Part shown: positions 1-8,942 of the stretch, one piece after another | How the letters are laid out: each line of letters begins with the position of its first letter | Numbering within the stretch: the first letter of the stretch is position 1 | From: Nannocystales bacterium | Lineage (GTDB): Bacteria > Myxococcota_A > Polyangia > Nannocystales > Nannocystaceae | Direction: 5' to 3' | Length of the DNA: 64,000 bases | Assembly: GCA_050633305.1 (NCBI GenBank) | Contig: JBOEGF010000010.1 | Span: 640,001 to 704,000, forward strand | Program-made: the position numbers and the translations under genes | Notes under the pieces: generated by a model | What the model was told of the DNA's origin: nothing | What the model saw: only the letters and a program-made list of their open reading frames with translations | The model's database searches: none

Positions 1-100
1 GACCGGTTCGGTGAAGCTGCCGATGTGGCTCGCCGAGGACCGCCGGCCTGCTCGACCGATTCGAGCCCGGCGGCCCATGCTTTGAGGCAAGATGACGGCC

Positions 101-3100
101 ATGCGGACGTTCGCAGTCTCGGCTGGCCTGTTGCTTGCGATTTTGGTGGGCTGCGCCGAACCCCCCGCAGGGCTGGCGAGAACGGCTGGTGGTGACGGTC
201 CGCAGATCGTCTTTGAGTTGCAACGGCGCCCGCTCCCCGAGCTCCCGTTCCCCAACGACATCGCGACCCGGCCCGATCCCAGCTCTCCCACGGGGCTGCG
301 CCTCAACGCGAGTTTGGTCGCCTCGACCAACCTCGAACGGGTCGCTCGCGAAAAGCTCGATACGCTGACCGGGTTTGGGGTGTTTCAGCCGATTTCGGTG
401 CGCTTCGATGCCCCGCTGGACCTCGACGTCATCTATCGGCGCCACCGCGACTACCGAACCTCGACGGATGGCAGCGACTACGACTTCTCGAACGATGCGG
501 TCTACGTCGTCGATGTGACGCCCGGTTCGCCCACATACCTGCAGCCGGTTCCGCTCGACTTCGGGGAGGGCAACTTCCCGCAGTTGCTGCGTACGCCCAA
601 CCAGTACTGGGAGCACGATCCCAAGACCATCACCACGGCGCTGGCGTTCGAGACGTATCCAGAGGATCTCAACGAGAACGGGCTCCTCGATCCGGGGGAG
701 GATCTCGACCTCGACGGGGTGCTGGACCGGCCCAACTACGACCGGCGCGAGGACAACATCCCCTCAACGCTGGATGTCACTCGCGACCTGGTGACGTTCT
801 ACGAGTTTGAGACCAACACGTTGATGTTCAAGCCGGTGATGCCGCTGCGAGAAGGCACCACCTACGCTGTTGTGCTCACCAACCGCCTCACCAATGAGGC
901 CGGAGATCCGGTACGCAGCCCGTTTCCGTTCGTCAACCATGCGGCGCAGACCTACGACCTCTCGCCGGTGTTGGAGTTCCTGGACACGCAGGAGCTGGGG
1001 GCGAGCGACATTGCGTTCTCGTGGTCGTTCACCACGCAGAACGCGACGGGTGACATGGTCGCGATGCGAAACGGCCTGTACGGTGAGGGGGCGCTCGCAT
1101 GGCTGGGCGAGGACAACCCCCCGGTGCTCAGCAGCCTGATGCCGATGCGGGACCGAGAGTCCGATGGGTCGCCGACGGACAACCCGTGGATTCTGCCCTC
1201 GGAGACCATCCGGCCGATTCTTCCGGCGTTGGCCTCGGCGGCCTTCGGGGGACGGATCTCGGACACCGAGCAGCTGGTCCGGACGCACGACTACTATGGC
1301 TATCACGTCTCCGGGACGTTCAAGTCTCCCTGGCTGCTGGGCCTGGACGAGGAGGCATCCAATCTCGACGAGCAGAGCTGGCCCTCGGACCTCAGCGATC
1401 CCGCACTTCGGGACCAGGTCGAGTACCGCGATGTGCAGTTCTGGTGCGTGGTGCCGAAGAAGGAATTCTTGGCCGACCCCACCAAACCGGCACCCGTGGT
1501 GCTCTACGCGCACGGCTATACGTCGAACAAGATCGAGCAGCTCGGCCTGGCTCTGCACGCCAAGTTCGGGATCGCCGGCTGCAGCATCGACGCGGTCGGT
1601 CACGGCGTCGACATCGGCGACCAAGAGGACATCGCGGGTACCTTGTTCGAGGCTCAGGGGGCCGCGCCGGCTCTCGAAGCGCTGCTCACCGGCCGCATCG
1701 AAGACGTTGACGGCGATGGTGAGGGGGATGTCGGTGCGGAGTTCTTCACCGGATACATGTTCAAAACCCGCGACAACCTCCGGCAGACGCTCGTCGACTG
1801 GTTGACGCTCGTTCGTCTCCTGCGGAGCTTCGGTACCGACGGGGCCCTCATCGACGTCGACGCCGACGGTCGGTCGGACGACCTCAACGGGGATGGGTCG
1901 CCCGAAGCCCTCGGAGACTTCGACGGCGACGGCGTGGTGGATTTTGGTGGACCCAACAACGCCTACTTTGCTAGCGGCACCAGCCTGGGAGGCTTGGTGT
2001 CGTCGATGCTCGCAGCGGTTGAGCCACAGGTTGTCGCGGCGGCTCCGATCTCCGGTGGCGCGGGGCTCATCGACCTCACGCTTCGGTCCGAGCAGGGCGG
2101 TGTCGTCGAGGCTGTCGGGTTGCGGATGCTTGGTCCTCTGTTCCTGGGGGAGCCGACCGAGGACGGCCGCACGCGCGTCTACCAGGCGTTCCCCAACGGC
2201 AACAAGGTGGCGCGTCGCGACCTGGCGGTCCGGGCGGAGATCGAGCCCGGAAACGTTGTCCGAGCCACCAACATGGCGACGGGGGAGTCTCGCTGCGCAC
2301 TGGTGATGCCCAACGAGCCGCCGCCGGGATACGAGAACTACCGCGGCTGGCCCGAAGCGACCAACTGCTCCGATGACGACGCAGATCAGGAGGTTTGCCG
2401 AACTTGTCCCGAGGGCACCGAAGGCAGCTATGCCTGTGACCTCGCCGGGACGTTCCGGGTCGGGGTTCCTGCAGATGCGGGCGACCCGGTCGAGATCGAG
2501 GTCTTCGAGGGCAGCTTCGCGGTCGAGGTCGAGGGCGACGCTCGGGAGTGCTCGCTCGTGGGCGCGCCCAACGTTCGCACGGCGATCCGGACGTTCGAGT
2601 ACCGGACCAACTATCGCGGCAACTCGTACGCGATCGGGGATCCCGTCGTCGCGTTCGAGGATGGATACGGCTTCCAGCGGGGAACGCCGCTGCTACGTCG
2701 CTTCCTCGGCATCGCGGGCATCGCGATCGAGGGTGCCGACCCGGCCTTGTACGCGCCTCACTACTCGCTCGAGCCGTTCGAGTTTGTCGAGGACGGCGAG
2801 AGTTTCACCAAGCGGTCGACCAACGTGCTCAACGTCGTCACCGTGGGAGACCCGAACGTCCCGATCAACACGGGGATCTCGATCGCGAAGGCCGCGGGAT
2901 TCGTCAACATCTTCGACCCGGATTCCCGCTATCGCAAGCCGATCAACCGTGTGCTGATCGATGAGGGGGTGCAGGCCGGCATCCCGTGGCTGTACACGCG
3001 GGGGGTCGACTGGGGCCCGGTGTTGGTCGATGTCGACAACCTCTCGGCGAGCTTCAACGGCCCCATGAGCACCGAACTCTCGGTCGACGGTCTGGTCGCG

Positions 3101-3385
3101 CCGCGGCTCGATCCCGCGCTTCGCGTGGTGGTGCGGACGCCTGGGACCGAGGACGGCGAAGCACAGGGATTCAGCGGCATGGTGTTGCCGCTCATCAACG
3201 AGTTCGACGGCGCGCACGGTTTCTCGCCGCCTGGGATGACGGACAGCGCGTTCGACGTGGGGCAGTTCATGGAGCACCAGATTGGGATCTTTTTCAGGTC
3301 GGCGGGGCAAGAGCTGCGGTACGACGCATGCTTGGCCGAACTCGCCTCCTGTCCCGACATCCCCCAGCCCCCTGTGGAGCCTTGA
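101..3385 (+). CDS. Large lipoprotein: lipase-type N-terminal Ig-like domain plus alpha/beta hydrolase, with DxDxDG Ca-binding-like repeats
   Basis: Lipobox LVGC after a hydrophobic stretch (ATG 101; alternative ATG 92); 'LPFPNDIATRPD' N-terminal motif; 'VLYAHG' oxyanion motif; nucleophile elbow GTSLGG; C-terminal 'GAHGF' His; DVDGDG/DFDGDG motifs. Confidence 0.75.
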   Translation: MRTFAVSAGLLLAILVGCAEPPAGLARTAGGDGPQIVFELQRRPLPELPFPNDIATRPDPSSPTGLRLNASLVASTNLERVAREKLDTLTGFGVFQPISVRFDAPLDLDVIYRRHRDYRTSTDGSDYDFSNDAVYVVDVTPGSPTYLQPVPLDFGEGNFPQLLRTPNQYWEHDPKTITTALAFETYPEDLNENGLLDPGEDLDLDGVLDRPNYDRREDNIPSTLDVTRDLVTFYEFETNTLMFKPVMPLREGTTYAVVLTNRLTNEAGDPVRSPFPFVNHAAQTYDLSPVLEFLDTQELGASDIAFSWSFTTQNATGDMVAMRNGLYGEGALAWLGEDNPPVLSSLMPMRDRESDGSPTDNPWILPSETIRPILPALASAAFGGRISDTEQLVRTHDYYGYHVSGTFKSPWLLGLDEEASNLDEQSWPSDLSDPALRDQVEYRDVQFWCVVPKKEFLADPTKPAPVVLYAHGYTSNKIEQLGLALHAKFGIAGCSIDAVGHGVDIGDQEDIAGTLFEAQGAAPALEALLTGRIEDVDGDGEGDVGAEFFTGYMFKTRDNLRQTLVDWLTLVRLLRSFGTDGALIDVDADGRSDDLNGDGSPEALGDFDGDGVVDFGGPNNAYFASGTSLGGLVSSMLAAVEPQVVAAAPISGGAGLIDLTLRSEQGGVVEAVGLRMLGPLFLGEPTEDGRTRVYQAFPNGNKVARRDLAVRAEIEPGNVVRATNMATGESRCALVMPNEPPPGYENYRGWPEATNCSDDDADQEVCRTCPEGTEGSYACDLAGTFRVGVPADAGDPVEIEVFEGSFAVEVEGDARECSLVGAPNVRTAIRTFEYRTNYRGNSYAIGDPVVAFEDGYGFQRGTPLLRRFLGIAGIAIEGADPALYAPHYSLEPFEFVEDGESFTKRSTNVLNVVTVGDPNVPINTGISIAKAAGFVNIFDPDSRYRKPINRVLIDEGVQAGIPWLYTRGVDWGPVLVDVDNLSASFNGPMSTELSVDGLVAPRLDPALRVVVRTPGTEDGEAQGFSGMVLPLINEFDGAHGFSPPGMTDSAFDVGQFMEHQIGIFFRSAGQELRYDACLAELASCPDIPQPPVEP

Positions 3386-3387
3386 AC

Positions 3388-4476
3388 GTGCTCACTCTAT
3401 TCGTAGCCTGCGCGCCCGGCCTCGAGTCGCTGCTCGCCGCCGAACTCACCGCCTTGGGAATCATGGACGTCCGTGGCGAGCCTGGTGGTGCGACCGTTCG
3501 CGGGCAGCCATCGGTGGTCTCCACGGTGTGCCTTCGCAGTGGTTTCGCGAACCACGTTCGACTTCGTGTGGGGGAGCCATTCGAAGTCCGCCACTTTGAC
3601 AAGCTGGTCAAGAAGACCGCCGCGCTGCCGTGGGGCGACTTGCTTCGTCCTGGAACACGGGTCAAGGCGCACGCGGTCTGTCGGAAATCCCGTCTCTATC
3701 ACTCGGGGGGCGCAGCTCAGCGGGTCGAGGCGGGCATCGCCAAAGCGATCGGTCCCGCCGTGGAGGGGGCGCCGGAGCTTGCGGTCGCGGTGCGGATCAT
3801 TCGCGACGAATGTGTCATCTCGCTCGACCTCAGCGGAGAGGCGTTGCACCGCCGCGGGTGGCGGCAACAAACCGCCAAGGCCCCGCTCCGAGAAGACCTG
3901 GCGCGAGCGCTGCTCGTGGTCTCGGGGTGGACGCCAGAGCGGTCGTTGTTGGATCCCCTGATGGGCGCGGGTACGTTGGTGATCGAGGCCGCCACCATGG
4001 CGCGGCGGATGGCGCCCGGGTTGGGACGTCGCTTCGCGTTCGAGCACACCAAGCTCGACGCCTCGGCTGCGTTGCAGGAGCAACGCGAGGCGGCCCAGGC
4101 CGAAGTCCTCCCCTCGCTCACCACGAAGCTCGTGGGTCGCGATCACATGGCCGGGGCAGTTGAGGCTGCGCAAGGAAACGCCGAGCGTGCCGGGGTTGCT
4201 GGCGATGTGACCCTGCTGCGCGCGGAGCTCACGGAAGCTTGGCCAGAACTCGGGGACGCACACGTGGTGACCAATCCGCCGTACGGGATCCGGGTCGGCG
4301 AGGCCTCCGGTGTGCACAATCTGTACACGTCGGTGGGGGAAGGGATTCGGGCGATGGGGTACCCCTTCGGCATCGTGATCGCCGATCGCCGATTCGTGCG
4401 CTCTCTGGCCCTCTCTTTGCAGCCGAAGCTCACCACGGACCACGGCGGGATCAAGGTCTCCTACTACGCAGGCTGA
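3388..4476 (+). CDS. Stand-alone THUMP-domain class I SAM RNA methyltransferase (RlmL/YpsC-like)
   Basis: GTG start 2 nt after upstream stop; 'ACAPGLE' N-terminus, 'LHRRGWR..APLREDLA', 'DPLMGAGT', 'TNPPYG' motifs. Confidence 0.85.
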   Translation: MLTLFVACAPGLESLLAAELTALGIMDVRGEPGGATVRGQPSVVSTVCLRSGFANHVRLRVGEPFEVRHFDKLVKKTAALPWGDLLRPGTRVKAHAVCRKSRLYHSGGAAQRVEAGIAKAIGPAVEGAPELAVAVRIIRDECVISLDLSGEALHRRGWRQQTAKAPLREDLARALLVVSGWTPERSLLDPLMGAGTLVIEAATMARRMAPGLGRRFAFEHTKLDASAALQEQREAAQAEVLPSLTTKLVGRDHMAGAVEAAQGNAERAGVAGDVTLLRAELTEAWPELGDAHVVTNPPYGIRVGEASGVHNLYTSVGEGIRAMGYPFGIVIADRRFVRSLALSLQPKLTTDHGGIKVSYYAG

Positions 4477-4598
4477 CAGCACTGGGATGCGCGGCAGGGG
4501 CGCGTCGGCTGCGACTCGGGGCCGAAAGTCATTCGCGATCGACGGTGTTGGGTTTCACTGCGGGCTGATCGCGCGCCAGGGCTGCTAAACTTCGGGTG

Positions 4599-5126
4599 AT
4601 GTTCGAGTTTCTCCGCCGCAAGAACGCTCCGACTCCAGAGGCCGAAGACGAAACCAAAGCTCTTCCGGCGGCAGGCGAGGCGGGAGAAGCGGTGGAGTCC
4701 GAGGCCGAGAGTGAGGATGACGTGGTCCTCAAGGACGCCGTCGAGGCGATGCTTGTGGATCAGGCGGTCCCAGAACCCGAGCCAGAACCCGAGCCGGACT
4801 TCGGCACGGTCAATGTGATCGGCTCGGACACCCGGATCGATGGGTCGTTGACCACGCGGACCGAGGTCCACCTGCTCGGGAAGATCGACGGCGATGTCGA
4901 ATGCATCTCGCTGACGGTCGAGGCGGACGCCGGGGTTCACGGAGACGTCACTGCCACCCAGAACGTCGTCGTCCGTGGCAAGGTCGTGGGCAACCTGATG
5001 GTCGAGGGAAAACTGACCATCACGGACACGGGGTCCGTAGCGGGCGTTGTCCAGGCACGGTCCATGACCATCGATGATGGCGCCGAGCTTTCCGGGCGCT
5101 GCTCGATGTCTTCGTCGGCGTCGTGA
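4599..5126 (+). CDS. Bactofilin (polymer-forming cytoskeletal protein) with acidic N-terminal extension
   Basis: Beta-helix repeats 'VIGSDTRIDGSL..VHLLGKIDGDV..VVVRGKVVGNL..IDDGAELSGRC'; N-terminal 'MFEFLRRK' membrane-targeting-like peptide. Confidence 0.85.
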   Translation: MFEFLRRKNAPTPEAEDETKALPAAGEAGEAVESEAESEDDVVLKDAVEAMLVDQAVPEPEPEPEPDFGTVNVIGSDTRIDGSLTTRTEVHLLGKIDGDVECISLTVEADAGVHGDVTATQNVVVRGKVVGNLMVEGKLTITDTGSVAGVVQARSMTIDDGAELSGRCSMSSSAS

Positions 5127-5163
5127 GCCGCCGCGTCTCGGTGTCGAACGCCTCCGGGGTGTC

Positions 5164-7197
5164 TCACTCCGGGTCGCAAGGGCCGTCGCAGTGGGTCTCG
5201 ATCGTGCCCTCGAGCAGAAACTGAACGCGGGTTTCCAGCGACGCGTCCAAGTTCCGCAGTCGCCCGTGCGGGTCGTCTCCGTCGTCGGCGGGCACGTTGT
5301 GGAGCGGCTCACTGTTGCCCCAGTCGTATTCGATCATCGCTGCACTCTGGACGGTGCCCTCGACCGTCTCCAGTCCGAAGACGTCGCGATTGAGGGGCCC
5401 CAAGTTGGGGATGTCGGCCGAGCGAGCCATGATGTGGGCAGCCAACGTGGTGACTTGGTGGTCCCCGATCGCGACCTGCATCAGCACGTCTTTGGGTGGA
5501 CTGCCGGGCAGGAGTCCATCGCGGATCAGATGCGTGTATCCGGCGGGCTCCGAGCGGTCCCACATCATCTGGATGACCGACAGCCCGAACTGGATGTCGA
5601 CCGGGTCGTCGTAGTTCTGCAACAACAGCCCGAGATAGGTGTTGAAGCCCTGGCTCCGATTGAGCATCAGGTTGTAGGGCTGGCCGGGGACGTCGAGGAT
5701 GCCGCGTTGGATGTCGGGGCTCACCGCGAGCAGGACCGAACCCATGATGCCTCCTTGGCTGGAACCGGCGTACATGACCTGCGAAGGGTCGACGGCGCTG
5801 TGGCCTCCCACCTCGAGTGCGACATCGGCCCCCAGGTCGCCTTGTAGGGCGCGAGAGAAGACGATCGCGTTGAGGACCCCTTGCTGGAGCCTGTCTGCGA
5901 CGGTGTGAAAGCGGTGTATTTCGCCCGAGCTGAGGAAGCCCGCGACGTTGAGGAGGTCCGGCGTGGCCATCCCTGCCCAGTCGGTCGCGACCAACACGAA
6001 GTTGTGCTGGTTTGCGAGCCGCTGGTAGTGGCCCGAGCGAACCTCTTCGAGTGAGCCGAGCAGACCGTGCCCGACATGCAGGATCGGTCCGGGCTCCTCG
6101 ACGGCTGCGTAGGGGATGAGCACCTCGAAGTCGAAGTCCGCGAATCCGTTCTGCGCGGGCATGCCATCCTCGCCCCAGTTGAACCCCGTGCCGGTTTCTG
6201 CGGTCTCCAAGTACAGCGGGACGGCAACCGTGCCGGATACGCGCCGCATGATGTTGTCCGAGTAGTCGTCCTCGATGCGCTCGATGTTGTACCCGGGTCC
6301 GCCGGCGCCGAGCACCTCGAGTGCGTCGTCACGGATCTCGACCATCGTGCCCGTGATGTTTTCCCGACTGGCGGTCGTGAAGTCCCACGCGAGTTGGAGC
6401 GTGTCTCGCTGCACCCCTGCGTCACCCAGTCGCGCGAAGATGTCGGCGTACAGGGGCCGCCGGGCGTCGAGAGCTTCGTCGTCGGTCGGCCGGAGGTCGC
6501 GAAGAACCTCGAAGGCGGGGGAGGGCGCGAGGGGGTCGCCGTCGGCGTCCACAACATCACGGATTGCGACGATATACCGCGTCCCTTCCTCGAGTCGGAT
6601 CGCGGGGCGAACGAACAACACCCGCTTGTCCGCTTGGTTGTGCGACATGTCGAGCTCCGAGAAGTGAGGCACGCGCTCCCCCGTCTCAGCGTTGAGGAGG
6701 ATCGTCGGGGACGACGGATCGAGCGAGAGCCCGATGTCCAGGGGCGAGGGCAGCCCGGTCACAGTCGCGCCCGGCAAGTGGACCACCATGGCACCGCTCG
6801 TGGAGAACCCGTCGCTGCGCTCGAGAACGGACAGGTCGACTTGGATGCCCCCCAACGTGACGGGCCAGCCCTCGGGGTCGACCTTCACCCTCCGTCCGGT
6901 CGGGGTGTCGGGGTCAGCAACGGTGTGGACGTTGCTCGGAAACGGGAACGCGCAGTAGTTCGGATCGAGCGGGTCGCAGGTTACGGGCGACCAGTCGACC
7001 TCGGGCTCGGGCTCGGGGACGGTGGGACCGCCCGAGCTTCCGCTGGAGTCTGCTTCGGTCGTGCTCGTGGAGGTCGGCGCGACGTCCGTCGCGGCGGCGG
7101 CGGTGCTGCCGGACGTTTCGCCGTTGTTCATCGGCGGCGCGTCGTCACCGCAAGCCGCCACCGCAACGCAAACCAACATCCACCAGCCCCGACCCAT
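5164..7197 (-). CDS. Lipoprotein, lipase-like alpha/beta hydrolase (distant paralog of 101..3385)
   Basis: Lipobox VAAC, S/T-rich linker, 'FPFPSN..PTGRRV' N-domain, 'HGLLG', nucleophile GSSQGG, 'GDHQV', 'DPHG'. Confidence 0.75.
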   Translation of the reverse strand: MGRGWWMLVCVAVAACGDDAPPMNNGETSGSTAAAATDVAPTSTSTTEADSSGSSGGPTVPEPEPEVDWSPVTCDPLDPNYCAFPFPSNVHTVADPDTPTGRRVKVDPEGWPVTLGGIQVDLSVLERSDGFSTSGAMVVHLPGATVTGLPSPLDIGLSLDPSSPTILLNAETGERVPHFSELDMSHNQADKRVLFVRPAIRLEEGTRYIVAIRDVVDADGDPLAPSPAFEVLRDLRPTDDEALDARRPLYADIFARLGDAGVQRDTLQLAWDFTTASRENITGTMVEIRDDALEVLGAGGPGYNIERIEDDYSDNIMRRVSGTVAVPLYLETAETGTGFNWGEDGMPAQNGFADFDFEVLIPYAAVEEPGPILHVGHGLLGSLEEVRSGHYQRLANQHNFVLVATDWAGMATPDLLNVAGFLSSGEIHRFHTVADRLQQGVLNAIVFSRALQGDLGADVALEVGGHSAVDPSQVMYAGSSQGGIMGSVLLAVSPDIQRGILDVPGQPYNLMLNRSQGFNTYLGLLLQNYDDPVDIQFGLSVIQMMWDRSEPAGYTHLIRDGLLPGSPPKDVLMQVAIGDHQVTTLAAHIMARSADIPNLGPLNRDVFGLETVEGTVQSAAMIEYDWGNSEPLHNVPADDGDDPHGRLRNLDASLETRVQFLLEGTIETHCDGPCDPE

Positions 7198-7315
7198 GCC
7201 CTTGATTCTGCGAGAGAACGCCTCGAGGCCGCAATCCGGGGCGAACTCTGGCCGTGTGTGGGAACGTCGAAATCAAGCCTGGGTTCGGCTGGGTGGCTTG
7301 TCTATGCTCCGCCGC

Positions 7316-7681
7316 ATGGGATTCAAGGTCAGAGGCACCTTGCACGTCATCAACGAGACCCAGCAGGTCTCGGCGCGCTTCACCAAGCGGGAGTTCGTCC
7401 TGCACATTGCTGACGGGCGGTTTCCGCAGCACGTGCAGTTTCAACTGACGGGCGAGCGGGTGGGCAACATCGATGCGTACAACGTCGGCGACGAGGTTGA
7501 GGTCGAGTTCAACCTACGCGGTCGCGAATGGACTTCGCCCAAGGGCGAGGTGCGGTTCTTCAACAGCTTGGACGTGTGGACGATCGATCGCGTGGGAGCG
7601 AGCGCCGGCGGTGGCGCTCCCGACCTTCCGCCGCCGCCCGATGATCCTCCTCCAACGTTCGACGACGACATCCCGTTCTAG
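7316..7681 (+). CDS. DUF3127-family OB-fold protein with SSB-like acidic tail
   Basis: 'KREFVL..FPQHVQFQL..VGDEVEVEFNLRGREW..FFNSLDVW', Gly/Pro linker and terminal DDDIPF. Confidence 0.8.
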   Translation: MGFKVRGTLHVINETQQVSARFTKREFVLHIADGRFPQHVQFQLTGERVGNIDAYNVGDEVEVEFNLRGREWTSPKGEVRFFNSLDVWTIDRVGASAGGGAPDLPPPPDDPPPTFDDDIPF

Positions 7682-7875
7682 CGGGCGATCGTCCGGGGGG
7701 ACTTCACGTTCTCCCCGGCGCTGCGGCGCCCGCCTCGGGGTGGTCGCTGCGGCAACTGCGGGGCGACGGGTCTGGTTCGATGCGCGAAATCGCGATGACA
7801 TCGAGGACCGTGATCCGGCGGCGAGGTTTCCCCTCTGGTGCCGTGCGTCACCGATGACCGGTGTCGCCGCACATC

Positions 7876-8865
7876 ATGAGCAACCACAGCTATTCATCTC
7901 GCACTCTCATCGCCTTGCTCGCCCTCCCGCTGCTCGGCTCTGCAGGCTGCGAACTCGAACTCATCGCAGAACACCTTCCCCTCGCAGACGGGCTCGTCTA
8001 CCCGGATCGACATGTTGCCGCCGTGAGCGACAACCACGAGCACGTCTTCATCGCATCCGCCGTGAATGGGACGCTCAACCTCGTCTCGACCAACGGAACC
8101 CCGCGCGACGAGTTCTCGTTGAGCGATGCTTGGCGCCCGCTGGGCGCCGCAACCTACTACGGCCCCGACTTCGAGGCCTCAGGGTTCTGGCAACACAACG
8201 AGGCCGCCCTCGTCTTGCACCGAAACGGCTCCATTCTCCCTTGGTACCACCACGGTGGAGAGCTGGGCTTTCACTGGGCCGGTCGCATCGTCGTACCCGC
8301 GGCACCGCCCACCGTTGCGTCGGTCACGTACAACGACGTTGACCAGAGTCGCGATGGCGTGGTCTTCGTACTCGCGGATGAGTCCCGTGTCGATGGAACC
8401 GCGCAGTCCCGGATCTGGCGCCGCGGACTCGATGGCTCGTGGACCAGCGTTGTTGGACCCGAAAAATCCTCAGCGCTGGCCTACGACCAACATCTGGACT
8501 CGTTGACGGTCTCCTACACTCGCACGGACGTTCGCGATATCACGCTACGGGAGTACGGTGAGGACCTCTCGTTCACCCGGAGTCGTACGATTCCCGACCT
8601 GGACGAGGTCCGCGACTTCGAGGTGTTGGCGGGGTGGTTCTACATCGGCGCCTCGGCCTGCGAGAACGCGTCGTGTACGGAGCGGACTCGTGAGTTCCAG
8701 GTGCGAAACACAAGCCTTGCCCTGAGCGATGTCGTTGCGGTCGAGGTTGAAGCCGTGGCCCTCGACCTGCCTCCGTTCCCGCTCGATCTCGATTCGAACG
8801 TGGACGTGTGGCGCGCGGGTCCTGCAGCCTCGCAGCTCGCAGAGTACGACGTCGTAGTCCCTTAG
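7876..8865 (+). CDS. Hypothetical lipoprotein, beta-rich (possible propeller)
   Basis: Signal peptide ending SAGC; short beta-strand-like segments; coding-like composition. Confidence 0.6.
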   Translation: MSNHSYSSRTLIALLALPLLGSAGCELELIAEHLPLADGLVYPDRHVAAVSDNHEHVFIASAVNGTLNLVSTNGTPRDEFSLSDAWRPLGAATYYGPDFEASGFWQHNEAALVLHRNGSILPWYHHGGELGFHWAGRIVVPAAPPTVASVTYNDVDQSRDGVVFVLADESRVDGTAQSRIWRRGLDGSWTSVVGPEKSSALAYDQHLDSLTVSYTRTDVRDITLREYGEDLSFTRSRTIPDLDEVRDFEVLAGWFYIGASACENASCTERTREFQVRNTSLALSDVVAVEVEAVALDLPPFPLDLDSNVDVWRAGPAASQLAEYDVVVP

Positions 8866-8942
8866 ACCGCCACCACCAGGGGCTGCGGGGAGCGCGGTCG
8901 CCGGTGGTTGCGTCGCTCACGGCCTTCCTCCACTCTCCGGCC

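Noticed and set aside
2986..3387. N-terminal extension of the RlmL-like ORF in the ORF track
   Set aside because: Overlaps the lipase gene; homology begins at GTG 3388. Similar over-extended starts were trimmed for several other genes (e.g. 15780..17279, 43317, 57994..59445).
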